From Planctomycetota bacterium (GTDB lineage: Bacteria > Planctomycetota > Phycisphaerae > SM23-33): a stretch of 64,000 nt of DNA. Below the pieces are notes generated by a model. It made no database searches and was not told the origin of the DNA. It worked only from the letters and a program-made list of their open reading frames with translations. A program made the position numbers and the translations under genes. The DNA lies in contig DAOVZK010000003.1 of the NCBI GenBank assembly GCA_030635145.1, positions 38,732 through 102,731 on the forward strand, in the 5' to 3' direction. Below are positions 46,833 to 56,121 of the stretch, piece by piece. The first letter of the stretch is position 1. Every line of letters starts with the position of its first letter.

Positions 46833-48284
46833 TTGCGCATTTTGTTAATACAACCTGAGTATCAAATTGTCGGATTCGGTTTCCGCCTCGCCGCGATGCC
46901 CGAACCGCTCCATCTCGAAATTTTGGCCGCGTCGATCCCCGATCACGAAGTCAAAATCCTGGACATGAGGATCGAGGCCAACTTACCCGGCGTGCTGGAA
47001 TCGTTTACCCCGGATCTGGTCGGTGTTACCGCCTTAACGACGGAAGTCTACACAGCCCGCGACGTTCTGATGGCCGTCAAAGGTTTTTCCAAGGACATCT
47101 TCACCGTTATCGGTGGACATCACGCCACGCTCATGCCGGAAGACTTTTTCATACCGCAGGCCGACGCCATTGCACTTGGTGAGGGCGAGGGCGTGTTCGC
47201 TGAACTGATCGACGCTGTCGAAAAAGAAAAACCGCTGGGGAATGTGCCGAACCTGATCTGGCAGTCCAAGGATCATCGATTCGTTCGAAATCCACGAGGG
47301 GTTGTTGATCTGAATATGGACGATATGCCGCTGCCCCGGCGCGACTTGGTCGAGCAATATCGCAAGGATTATTTTTTCCTGTTCGACAAGCCCGACTCCT
47401 CCGTAGCCACCGGCCGCGGATGCCCGTACCGCTGCAATTTCTGCAGCGTCCACGAATTTTACAACGGCAAGACCCGCCAAATGTGTGCCGAACGGGTGCT
47501 AAAAGAAATCAAAGATATCGACACGCATCACATAACGTTTGTCGATGACAATTTCCTCATGAACTATCGTCGCGAGGACAAAATTGCCGACATGGTCAAG
47601 GCTGAGGGCATCGAAAAAAGCTTCTCCATGGAATGCCGAACCGATTCAATCGTCCGGCATCCGGAACTGGTCGAAAAATGGGTCGACCGCGGGCTTTATG
47701 CCTCGCTGCTGGGGCTTGAAGGTGCCACCGACGCTGCACTCAAGGACGTCAACAAATCCAACTCCCTGGCCACCAACGACGAAGCCATCCGCATTCTCAA
47801 AGATAACGGCGTGATTATATGGGGCGCGTTTATTGTTGATCCGACGTGGGAGCTTGATGATTTCAAACGGCTGCGCGATTACGTAAACGAAAAGGAAATC
47901 ACGCATACGCAGTTTACGGTTTTGACACCGCTGGTCGGCACGGAACTGTATCGCCAGCGTTTCAACGAACTGCTGACGTACGACTACACCTGCTACGACA
48001 CACTGCATGCTGTTACGCCCACGAAATTACCGCGCGAAGAGTTCTACAAGCAGTTTGCCAACTTATATCAGCAGACCGACCTTGGGCCTTACTTCGATTT
48101 AGTCAGCGAGGGTAAACTGAGCGTCGATGATTGCCGTCGCGGCAAGAGAATGCTGGACGCCATGAGCCATTGGGAATACTATATCGACAAAGACCCCGTG
48201 CTTGGAACTGTGCGGGATCAGTCCGAGGCCTTACCAGGTGCAGAGTTGGCCGCCCACCGAGACAACAAAATTCGGCTGGCGTGA
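46833..48284 (+). CDS. Cobalamin-binding radical SAM protein (class B methyltransferase-like, HpnR-like N-terminus)
   Basis: EPLHLEILAA...VKILDMR, GGHHAT (B12-binding domain); RGCPYRCNFC; FVDDNF; TQFTVLTPLVGT. Confidence 0.9.
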   Translation: MRILLIQPEYQIVGFGFRLAAMPEPLHLEILAASIPDHEVKILDMRIEANLPGVLESFTPDLVGVTALTTEVYTARDVLMAVKGFSKDIFTVIGGHHATLMPEDFFIPQADAIALGEGEGVFAELIDAVEKEKPLGNVPNLIWQSKDHRFVRNPRGVVDLNMDDMPLPRRDLVEQYRKDYFFLFDKPDSSVATGRGCPYRCNFCSVHEFYNGKTRQMCAERVLKEIKDIDTHHITFVDDNFLMNYRREDKIADMVKAEGIEKSFSMECRTDSIVRHPELVEKWVDRGLYASLLGLEGATDAALKDVNKSNSLATNDEAIRILKDNGVIIWGAFIVDPTWELDDFKRLRDYVNEKEITHTQFTVLTPLVGTELYRQRFNELLTYDYTCYDTLHAVTPTKLPREEFYKQFANLYQQTDLGPYFDLVSEGKLSVDDCRRGKRMLDAMSHWEYYIDKDPVLGTVRDQSEALPGAELAAHRDNKIRLA

Positions 48285-48318
48285 ATTAACTATAAATTTG
48301 GCGGGACAAAACATGTGC

Positions 48319-48630
48319 ATGAGATTTGTCATTCTGAAGCATCAGGGCGGCGAGGCCGAGCACTACGATCTGATGCTTGAAGGCCCGCAGGAGCTGATTA
48401 CCTGGAGCTGCTCGGCAAATCCGTTGACTAATTCCGAGGTCAAGTTTAAACGCATTGTCGACCATCGCAAAGCCTATCTCGATTACGAAGGCCCGGTTTC
48501 GGAAAATCGCGGAACGGTGCATCGCGTCGAAAGCGGAAAATACGAGCCCGTCGAAATCGGCGAATCGCAATGGGTGGTTAAGCTGGCGGGTAAAAGTGCG
48601 TCAAAGCAGCTGAAACTTCCGGCCCGCTAG
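48319..48630 (+). CDS. Stand-alone LigD 3'-phosphoesterase-like (DNA ligase D N-terminal) domain protein
   Basis: FVILKH...HYDLMLE, DHRKAYLDYEG...NRGTV...G.Y resemble the LigD PE domain. Confidence 0.75.
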   Translation: MRFVILKHQGGEAEHYDLMLEGPQELITWSCSANPLTNSEVKFKRIVDHRKAYLDYEGPVSENRGTVHRVESGKYEPVEIGESQWVVKLAGKSASKQLKLPAR

Positions 48631-48760
48631 CAGCGGAGGCAATTAAACAGGTAGCTTGTAGGCCGGTGCGGTTCAGCTTGATATCAGCCTCGCAGTGACA
48701 TAAAACCTATGAAAACAAGGCTTCATCTATTGCTGTGTTCTACACAGAAAGGAGCGAGGG

Positions 48761-49144
48761 GTGATTATTCCGAAAAGTCTCAGTGGTGTAGTGCTCAGTG
48801 TAAAAGATATGGACAAAACGCTCGCGTGGTATCGGAAGAAGTTCGGATTCGAGAAACTTTATGATGATGCTCCCAATTCGAAGGGAATCATCATTGGGAC
48901 AAACGGGATCACTCTGGTACTCAACCCTCTCGAGGATCCGAACAGAGCGACAGCTGTTGACAATGCACGTCAGGTTTGCTTGCAACTCTTCTGTCTGGAA
49001 GTCGACGAAGCAGATCTTGCTCGTGTGACTATAGAATTCCCGGAAGACAAGAACATTGTCGTGCTCGACGATCATCCCAAATACAAAAGCTGCATTATCG
49101 AGGATCCTGATGGCCATTCAATAGAACTTGTCGCGTGGAAATAG
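48761..49144 (+). CDS. VOC (glyoxalase/bleomycin resistance) family protein
   Basis: VVLSVKDMDKTLAWYRKKFGF...FCLEVD...IEDPDGHSIEL; AAGGAG RBS. Confidence 0.85.
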   Translation: MIIPKSLSGVVLSVKDMDKTLAWYRKKFGFEKLYDDAPNSKGIIIGTNGITLVLNPLEDPNRATAVDNARQVCLQLFCLEVDEADLARVTIEFPEDKNIVVLDDHPKYKSCIIEDPDGHSIELVAWK

Positions 49145-49172
49145 AATTACAAGCTCAATGAGGCTGCCGGGT

Positions 49173-49835
49173 CTAATCGAACGTGTTCGCCGACGGGCAG
49201 AGCTTTTTGGCAGACAGTGGACAGGCTTGGCAGTCGGGTTTGCGAGCGTTGCAATGCGATCGCCCGAGAAATACAATCAGGTGCCCGAAAAGTCCCCAAT
49301 CTTTTTGCGGAACAAGATCCATTAAGTCGATCTCGATTTTTTCTGGGGTGGTTTGCTTCGTCAGGCCCAGCCGTGCCGAAATTCTTTTAACGTGCGTGTC
49401 TACCACGACGCCTTCGTTTTTGCCGAACGCATTCGACAGCACGACGTTGGCGGTTTTGCGAGCCACGCCTGGTAGCAACAGCAGTTCGGCCATCGTCTGC
49501 GGAATCTTGCCTCCGAAGTCTTTGATGATCATCGCCGCTGCCCCGCGAATATTCTTGGACTTGTTGCGATAAAAACCCGTCGAACGGATATCCTGCTCGA
49601 GAGTTTCCTGCGGAACGCCCGCGTAATCTTCAGCTGTGCGATACTTGCGGAACAGATCCTGGGTAACAATGTTTACCCGCTTGTCGGTGCACTGGGCCGA
49701 CATAATCGTCGCCACCAGCAGCTCCAGCGGGTTGGAATGAACCAGTTCGCAGTGAGCGTTTGGGAAGTATGACTTCAGCGAGCGAAAAATTTTTCCCGTT
49801 CGCTGGCAGCGTGTGGTTTGTGATTCTCGCGGCAT
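49173..49835 (-). CDS. nth: Endonuclease III
   Basis: ELLVATIMSAQCTD, HhH LPGVARKTANVVL, VDTHV, 4Fe-4S CNARKPDCQACPL...C. Confidence 0.96.
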   Translation of the reverse strand: MPRESQTTRCQRTGKIFRSLKSYFPNAHCELVHSNPLELLVATIMSAQCTDKRVNIVTQDLFRKYRTAEDYAGVPQETLEQDIRSTGFYRNKSKNIRGAAAMIIKDFGGKIPQTMAELLLLPGVARKTANVVLSNAFGKNEGVVVDTHVKRISARLGLTKQTTPEKIEIDLMDLVPQKDWGLFGHLIVFLGRSHCNARKPDCQACPLSAKKLCPSANTFD

Positions 49836-49911
49836 TTCAATAACCGTCCTTCGAACGAACTTTATCTACCCTATTTCAGCGCGGGGGTAATAATACGAAT
49901 CCCTCTACATT
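49835..49911 (-). promoter_or_regulatory. Conserved ~78-nt upstream element, copy 3 (abuts nth ATG)
   Basis: Reverse complement ...TTACCCCCGCGCTGAAATAGGGTAGATAAAGTTCGTTCGAAGGACGGTTATTGAAA(TG); fills nearly the whole 80-nt intergenic gap. Confidence 0.8.
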
Positions 49912-49915
49912 TGAA

Positions 49916-51328
49916 TTAGTCGGTGGGTTGAGTTGTCGGTTGTTTTTGCTTCGCCGCCGGTTTCGTCGTCGGTTGAGTTGTCGTTTGGGAAACCGCCCGC
50001 TGGACTTTCTGCTCCATGGTTTCTCCGCTTTCGTAAGACTGCGAGTGGATTTCGACAGACAGCGGAGGTTTCCACGCCTCGGGTGGTAAAGCAAATTCTA
50101 CTTCCGGGAGGTCGAGTTTGCGAACGCGAACGGTGCTGAGTTCGGGGACCTCGGCGACGTATTTTTCGTCTGGCGACAGAGCCCATGTTCGTTCGGCAAA
50201 GGGTATGATATATTTTGCCTGGTAGTCGACGGCGTATGTTTTTCCGTCGTCGCGAGGAATCACCGCCAGCCATCCCGGGCGAAGCGGCCTGATGTCGCGA
50301 ATTTGGGCCTGGTACAGCGGAAGTCGCGTTTGATGTTTGGTTTCGAAGATGTCAACCTTCCACGGATCGAGTTGGATGATGCAGGTCCCCAACGCCATAG
50401 TCCAACCGAGGACGTAGTTCCCGTCCTTCGTCCAGCCATGCACGTAAAATTGGTCGACACCGAAATATTTTCCGATTTCGTCGCTAAAATCTTTGGTCTT
50501 GTAGGTTTCGCGATCTACAAGAATCGCTCCGCCTTGTCCCGCCTGATCCCAAGGCCAACCGAACGCGCAAAATACCTTCGAGCTGTCGGGGCTCCACGCC
50601 ACGCCCTTGCTCTTAGCCGACGTCTGCCGCAGCGACGGTGAGATTTCGCCCGTCTTGACATCCAGAATTCGCATGTCCAGCTGCCCGACAATAAGCATCG
50701 CCTCGCGATCCGGCGCCCAATACTCCTCAAACGGTTCGATATCGTTGCTGGTAATTGACGAGAACAGCTCCACTCGTTCAGGCAGCGGCTTGGTTACAAG
50801 TTGGCGATAAATTTTCTTTACTATGCTGCGGGAACCATCGGTTGTTGATTGCAGCTGTACTGAATAAACGAGAGTGTCGGGGCCTGTCCAGTGGCAGGTG
50901 TCGATAAGCTCTTTTTCGCTGCGTTTTTTTTCGGGCGTCACCCGCCAATAATCTCCGCTGGCGATGTCGACGACGTCGATTCGCTTTTCACGAACCAGAA
51001 GTATCGACCGCCCATTAAGCGAAAATTCGATATGCTTGAGTTTCGCACGTGAAAGGTAGCTCGGTGCCTTGACGACTTTCTTGACACGTACAACTTTGGA
51101 TTTTTCCGGGAAGTCGACGCTGCTAAGACCGACGGACTCCGTTCGTTCCATCGCAAAATATCCCTCGTCCATGGTTTGCACGAGTTTTTGCTTTTCCCAG
51201 ATGTAGGCCACCATCGTTCCGTCGTGCGAAAACGCGACTTCCGTGGCGTCGTAGACGTAGCGAACGCATCCGCCAAACGGCAAGGCAATGATACCCAGCA
51301 GAAACAAAACTGTAAGACGGTATGTCAT
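49916..51328 (-). CDS. Lipoprotein with TolB/WD40-like beta-propeller repeats
   Basis: Lipobox FGGC; AFSHDG, FSLNG, WAPD, AWSPDS, LSPD repeats; C-terminal TTTQP/TTQP tail. Confidence 0.75.
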   Translation of the reverse strand: MTYRLTVLFLLGIIALPFGGCVRYVYDATEVAFSHDGTMVAYIWEKQKLVQTMDEGYFAMERTESVGLSSVDFPEKSKVVRVKKVVKAPSYLSRAKLKHIEFSLNGRSILLVREKRIDVVDIASGDYWRVTPEKKRSEKELIDTCHWTGPDTLVYSVQLQSTTDGSRSIVKKIYRQLVTKPLPERVELFSSITSNDIEPFEEYWAPDREAMLIVGQLDMRILDVKTGEISPSLRQTSAKSKGVAWSPDSSKVFCAFGWPWDQAGQGGAILVDRETYKTKDFSDEIGKYFGVDQFYVHGWTKDGNYVLGWTMALGTCIIQLDPWKVDIFETKHQTRLPLYQAQIRDIRPLRPGWLAVIPRDDGKTYAVDYQAKYIIPFAERTWALSPDEKYVAEVPELSTVRVRKLDLPEVEFALPPEAWKPPLSVEIHSQSYESGETMEQKVQRAVSQTTTQPTTKPAAKQKQPTTQPTD

Positions 51329-51333
51329 ATTTC

Positions 51334-54300
51334 TCATTTATTTTTCCCGGCGAGATACTTGTTGATTATGCTAGCAGTGCGTCGGCCTGAATCTATAGCA
51401 GTCGCCACGTACGCCTGCGAAGCTATCAGGTCGCCCGCAGCGAAAACTCCGGGTCTGCTCGTGGCGTCATTTTCGTCAACTTCGAGCGAACCGTTCTCCG
51501 TCAAAACCAGCCCAAGCTGTTCGGCGACCTTTTTATCAACTTTCGGCTCAAAACCCATCGCAAGTACAACAATATCTGCAGGAATATCGAATTCGCTGCC
51601 ATCGATTTCCTCGCACACCTGCTTAGCTCCGTTGGAATTGTAGCTTACGCGCACCGCTCGCAGCGACCGAACCTGCCCGCCGTCCCCGGACAACACTGTC
51701 GTTTTGACGCTCCAATGCTTCTCTACGCCCTCGGGTGTGGCGGAGTTGGCGACTTTGTATTGCGGCAGGATTTCCAGCTGATGAATCTCGCGGGCACCTT
51801 GTTTTAAGGCGGCCTCGACGCAGTCTTCGCCCGTCAGGCCTCCGCCGATAATCGCCACAGTCTTACCGCTTGCGTTGATGCTCGGAATCCCATCGCCCGC
51901 GAGAATTTGCGACCGCAGATAATCCGAGGCTGTCACAATTCCGCCAAGGTCGCACCCGGGAACGTTCAGCTGGCGCGATAACTGACGGCCGGTGGTAAGG
52001 CAGGTCGCGTCAAACTCGGCGGCCAGCTCGGCAGCGTTGATGTCAACACCGACTTGCGACCCGCATTTAAATTCTATGCCCTCGCCGCGCAGCTGTTCCA
52101 ATCGCCGGTCGATCAGCGTCTTGTCTAACCGCTCAGCTGGAATTGCGTAACGAAGCAGCCCGCCGGGTTCATCATCTTTTTCGAATACCGTTACGGCGTG
52201 ACCCTTGCGAGCGAGTTGTTGCGCCGCAGCCAGCCCGCTCGGGCCAGCACCAACGATGGCAATCTTTTGGCCGGTGGAAGTTTTCGGGGCTTGCGGAGTG
52301 ATCCATCCATTTTCAAACGCGATGTCGATGATCTGCTTTTCGGTCTGCATGATTCCCGACGGGAAATCGTGCAGGGCATTGTGGCAGGTGTCCTGGCAGA
52401 ACGCGGGGCAGATCAGGGCAGTGAATTCGGGGAAATTGTTGCTTTCGTGCAGCACGGTGGCGGCTTGTTTCCACTTACCGCTCTCGGCGAGTTCCATCCA
52501 GCGAGGGATGTCGGACTTCAGCGGGCACCCGCGGTCGCTGCACGAGGGCGATTTGCACGACATGCACATTGGCGAACCAAGTCGCGCGACACCCTGAGCG
52601 TATTGCTCAGGCGAGGCGTAGGCAAACTCGGCGATGTGTTTTTCGTACCGCGCGCGATAGCTTAGTTCGCGCCGGTTCCATCTTTTCAACAACGGACGAA
52701 TCCACGCCATGCGTTTCAGCAGTTCCAGCTGATGTTTCTGCAGCGACAAACGAAGCAAAACTTCGCGCCCGGCGAACGACAGTTTGCGCTTCCACAGATA
52801 TCGATACGAAATCCGGTCGCCGTTGGCTGGGTTGACGTTGTACTTTTTGCGGTCGTGGGCAAATTTCTCAGGTGCCGTCCCAAGCTCGGCCTCGAATACG
52901 CTATCCTTGATTAACATCGCACTGGCGAGGTTGTGGATGACGGCTTTGGTGGCGGCGTAGTCGTGCTTGGAGGTGTCCTTGGCGTAAATTTCGGTGACCT
53001 GATCCAAATACCGTTTGGCGTACGGGATTCTGCCCCATCGCATGCAATCGTAGCTGCGAACGACGACGTCGCGCTTGAGCTGCTCGTCGAGGTTGGGCAT
53101 GTTTTCGATGCTGGTGGTGACCATTTCGCGCAGCTGTTCGGGGAGCTTGCTGCCCTTGCCGTATCGCCGCGTCGCCCAACGAATTTTTGAGTCCAATGTT
53201 TCTTTCCACCCATTTGGTTCGGGTGCACCCAGAAAAAGATCCTGCTGCTCGACGAGTTTTCGCCCCATGTTGAAGGCGTAGAGATTTTTCTTGAAGTCGA
53301 CGCGGATGGCGTCTTTGATCGACCACGCCATCGAGTGCATCGAGATCGGAATCAGGCCCTGCTGGAAGGCGTAACCCATCATCATGATGTTCGCGTAGAT
53401 TTTGCTCCCGAGATACTTTTCGCAAATTCGCGAAATGTCGCGGGCGAGGAAATATTCTTTGCGGGTGTGATGGCGGATGAACTCGACGAGCTGATCGGTA
53501 TCGAAATCATCCCAGCCCATGAGAACTGTGCTGGTTGCAACTTTTGCGGTGTTGATGACGGCGGCGGTTTGTTGCGACGAGGCAGCCCGGGTTCGGCCTT
53601 TCGGGTCAAGCACGCGGGCGGCTTCGAGAACGTCGACGCCCAGTAGCAGGTCGGCCTTGCCGTAGGGCATGATGCCGGTGACGGGTTGCTTGGCGATGTT
53701 AAACACAACCTGCGACGTTACACCACCGTTGCGGATGGCCATGCCCTTCTTGTCGAAAAACGTCACATCGTAGCCTTCGTAATGCCCCGCCCGCACGAGA
53801 ATGCTCGTCGCCAGGCCGATACCCATCCCCCCAACACCCGTCAGGCAGCACCACCACGTGTCACTCGTGGGACGTTTGCGAGGTTCGGGAATTTTGTCAA
53901 GCCCCAGCTCGGGAACCAGCGACTTCGGGGGACGTTTGCGATAGACGGTCAGTTTTTCGAACGAGTCGCAGGCACCCACTCTTTCGCAGGCACCGTCGAC
54001 GACGCACCAGCTCATGGCGGTGTCCACTTTCGGGCCGTAATCGGTTTGCACGTGTTGCAATCCCGGGCACCCGGTAATTTCGGTACACGAAAGACAGAAG
54101 CAGCAGATGTCCTGATTGACATTCATGTACTGTTTTTTGGGCAGGAAGTTTTTTTCCTTAACGAGTGCACGTTCGTCGCGGCGGCGCCGGCGGATACGGG
54201 TAATTCCGCATTCCTTGTCGGAGATCACAACCTTCACTCCGTCGGCGAGGAACATGTGTTCGAGCAGTTCCGTGTAGGCCTTGCGGTCTTCGGGGTTGGT

Positions 54301-56070
54301 CGAAACGATGTTGATGTCGGTTCGGCTGGCCATACCGCGAAGCACGTCCTGAATATCCTGCCGCGGAGTCACGTTCCCCAGCAAATCGTATTCCACACCA
54401 GGTGTCGGTTGATGCCCCGTCATGCCGGTGGTGCTGTTGTTGAGAATTATAAACGTAATGTCCTGCTTGAGCTTGATCGCCTGCGAAATCGCAATCGCAC
54501 CGGAGTGGAAAAACGTCGAGTCGCCCATGAAGACGACTTCCTTGTTGGTTGTAAACGGATCGGTGCCCGACCCGGTTCCGCCACCAAGCCCCATGCCGGA
54601 ATAGTCGTGCATGAGATCGTTTGTCGGTGGAAACATCAGCAGCGTGTAGCAGCCAGTGTCGCCGTGGAACATCAGGTCGACGGGTTCGCTGTTGTGGGCC
54701 TTCTTCATGTATCGCGGATCCATGAAGCGGCGTTTGATATCGAGGCAGAGCGAGGCCGAGTCGCGGTGCGGGCATCCGGGGCAGAAAACCGGCAGCCGCA
54801 GGGGTATATTCACGTCGCCGAGGTCAACGTTTTGCGTAGACTGCAGCATTTGCAGCTCTTGCGAGATGCTGTCCGATGCGCGAGTCGAGACGCTGCTATC
54901 CACGCCGAATTTCTGAATCAACGGCCCGACGTGAAGCATAATAATCGACGGATCCAAACCGAGGTTCGCCGGGATGCCTTTGAGGTCGCCGGGGAACTGC
55001 TTCCCGTAGACTTCGGTGTTGGCAAATGCGCCGTTGGGGTCGGCTTGGCGCTGTCGCATTACGATTTGGGCTACTTGTTCTTCGAGGAATCCGCGGCGTT
55101 CTTCGATGACGACGATTTTTTCGCATTGCTGCGCGAGTTCTTCGATAAGCTGCGGGTCGGCTGGGTAGCTCATGCCGAATTTAAGGATCGGGAATTCGCC
55201 CAGTACGCCCAGCTCGAACAAACCCTGCACAAGATAGTCGTGCCCAAGCCCGGCGCTGATGAATCCCAACGGCCGTTTGCCGTTTTTCGCGGGATGATCG
55301 ATGCGGTTCATGCCACACTCGCGGGCGACCTGCATTGCGATTGCGTGACGTTTCGGGAACGACGCTTCGCGCCACCAGGTTCGTGGTGGTAATAGGACGC
55401 GTTTGTCGACATCGATATTTTTGGTCACGAGGTCGAACTTGTTCAACACGCCGACTTCGGGATAGTGGTTGGGGGAGCATTGCACCGTTCCCCCGCCGTC
55501 GGCGAGGTTGGTCGTCAACACGAAACCGGCGATCAGTTCGCTTCTGCTGGAAATTTTAAATGATATATCGACGAAGTCTTTTACTTCCTGCGCGTTGGAC
55601 GGTTCGATGACGGGAATGTACAGATGCTTCGACAAAAAGCGGCTGTCGGATGGCACCTGAGTCGAGTCGCTCCATGGATCGTCGCCGTAGACGACGATGG
55701 CTCCGCCTTGCTTATGTGCCCCTGCCAGATTCGCCAGCGCCAGCGCATCGGCAGCTACGTGCAGCCCGACGCTTTTCATGGTTATCATCACGCGCACGGG
55801 CAACGTTTGCGACCCGTTAAGCATCGCCGCCGACAGGGCTTCGTTGTTGTTGATAACAGCCCGGATGCCCTTTTCGGCCAGCAGTTCCTTAAGCGCCGTC
55901 AGGGAATCGAAATAACCCGCAATCGGGCTGCCGGGATATCCGCCCAGCAGGTGCACTCCGCCTTCAGACTCCAAGGCGCCCTTCACCAGCAACTCATTGC
56001 CGGTAAAGATCTCAGTGCCGCTTTCCGCTAAAAATCTGCGTTCAGTTTTCATCAGCGATATTGTACGCAA
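51334..56070 (-). CDS. Fused indolepyruvate:ferredoxin oxidoreductase-type enzyme (IorA-IorB-DUF6537-like) + GltD-like Fe-S flavoprotein
   Basis: GYPGSP, FCPGCPHR, GDTGCY, GDSTFFHSG (TPP), CCFCLSC...GCP ferredoxin, GVGGMG (gamma/IorB); then CMSCKSPSC...GCP, ICPAFC...C, GAGPSGL (FAD), IIGGGLTGEDC, GVFAAGD. Confidence 0.9.
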   Translation of the reverse strand: MRTISLMKTERRFLAESGTEIFTGNELLVKGALESEGGVHLLGGYPGSPIAGYFDSLTALKELLAEKGIRAVINNNEALSAAMLNGSQTLPVRVMITMKSVGLHVAADALALANLAGAHKQGGAIVVYGDDPWSDSTQVPSDSRFLSKHLYIPVIEPSNAQEVKDFVDISFKISSRSELIAGFVLTTNLADGGGTVQCSPNHYPEVGVLNKFDLVTKNIDVDKRVLLPPRTWWREASFPKRHAIAMQVARECGMNRIDHPAKNGKRPLGFISAGLGHDYLVQGLFELGVLGEFPILKFGMSYPADPQLIEELAQQCEKIVVIEERRGFLEEQVAQIVMRQRQADPNGAFANTEVYGKQFPGDLKGIPANLGLDPSIIMLHVGPLIQKFGVDSSVSTRASDSISQELQMLQSTQNVDLGDVNIPLRLPVFCPGCPHRDSASLCLDIKRRFMDPRYMKKAHNSEPVDLMFHGDTGCYTLLMFPPTNDLMHDYSGMGLGGGTGSGTDPFTTNKEVVFMGDSTFFHSGAIAISQAIKLKQDITFIILNNSTTGMTGHQPTPGVEYDLLGNVTPRQDIQDVLRGMASRTDINIVSTNPEDRKAYTELLEHMFLADGVKVVISDKECGITRIRRRRRDERALVKEKNFLPKKQYMNVNQDICCFCLSCTEITGCPGLQHVQTDYGPKVDTAMSWCVVDGACERVGACDSFEKLTVYRKRPPKSLVPELGLDKIPEPRKRPTSDTWWCCLTGVGGMGIGLATSILVRAGHYEGYDVTFFDKKGMAIRNGGVTSQVVFNIAKQPVTGIMPYGKADLLLGVDVLEAARVLDPKGRTRAASSQQTAAVINTAKVATSTVLMGWDDFDTDQLVEFIRHHTRKEYFLARDISRICEKYLGSKIYANIMMMGYAFQQGLIPISMHSMAWSIKDAIRVDFKKNLYAFNMGRKLVEQQDLFLGAPEPNGWKETLDSKIRWATRRYGKGSKLPEQLREMVTTSIENMPNLDEQLKRDVVVRSYDCMRWGRIPYAKRYLDQVTEIYAKDTSKHDYAATKAVIHNLASAMLIKDSVFEAELGTAPEKFAHDRKKYNVNPANGDRISYRYLWKRKLSFAGREVLLRLSLQKHQLELLKRMAWIRPLLKRWNRRELSYRARYEKHIAEFAYASPEQYAQGVARLGSPMCMSCKSPSCSDRGCPLKSDIPRWMELAESGKWKQAATVLHESNNFPEFTALICPAFCQDTCHNALHDFPSGIMQTEKQIIDIAFENGWITPQAPKTSTGQKIAIVGAGPSGLAAAQQLARKGHAVTVFEKDDEPGGLLRYAIPAERLDKTLIDRRLEQLRGEGIEFKCGSQVGVDINAAELAAEFDATCLTTGRQLSRQLNVPGCDLGGIVTASDYLRSQILAGDGIPSINASGKTVAIIGGGLTGEDCVEAALKQGAREIHQLEILPQYKVANSATPEGVEKHWSVKTTVLSGDGGQVRSLRAVRVSYNSNGAKQVCEEIDGSEFDIPADIVVLAMGFEPKVDKKVAEQLGLVLTENGSLEVDENDATSRPGVFAAGDLIASQAYVATAIDSGRRTASIINKYLAGKNK

Positions 56071-56121
56071 TCGGGTTGCGTGTCGATAGTGTTTTTCGAT
56101 AATTTGGGGTTGTACGGGCTT

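Noticed and set aside
53686-55392. 568-aa plus-strand ORF
   Set aside because: It is an antisense shadow of the IOR-GltD gene with no domain signal.
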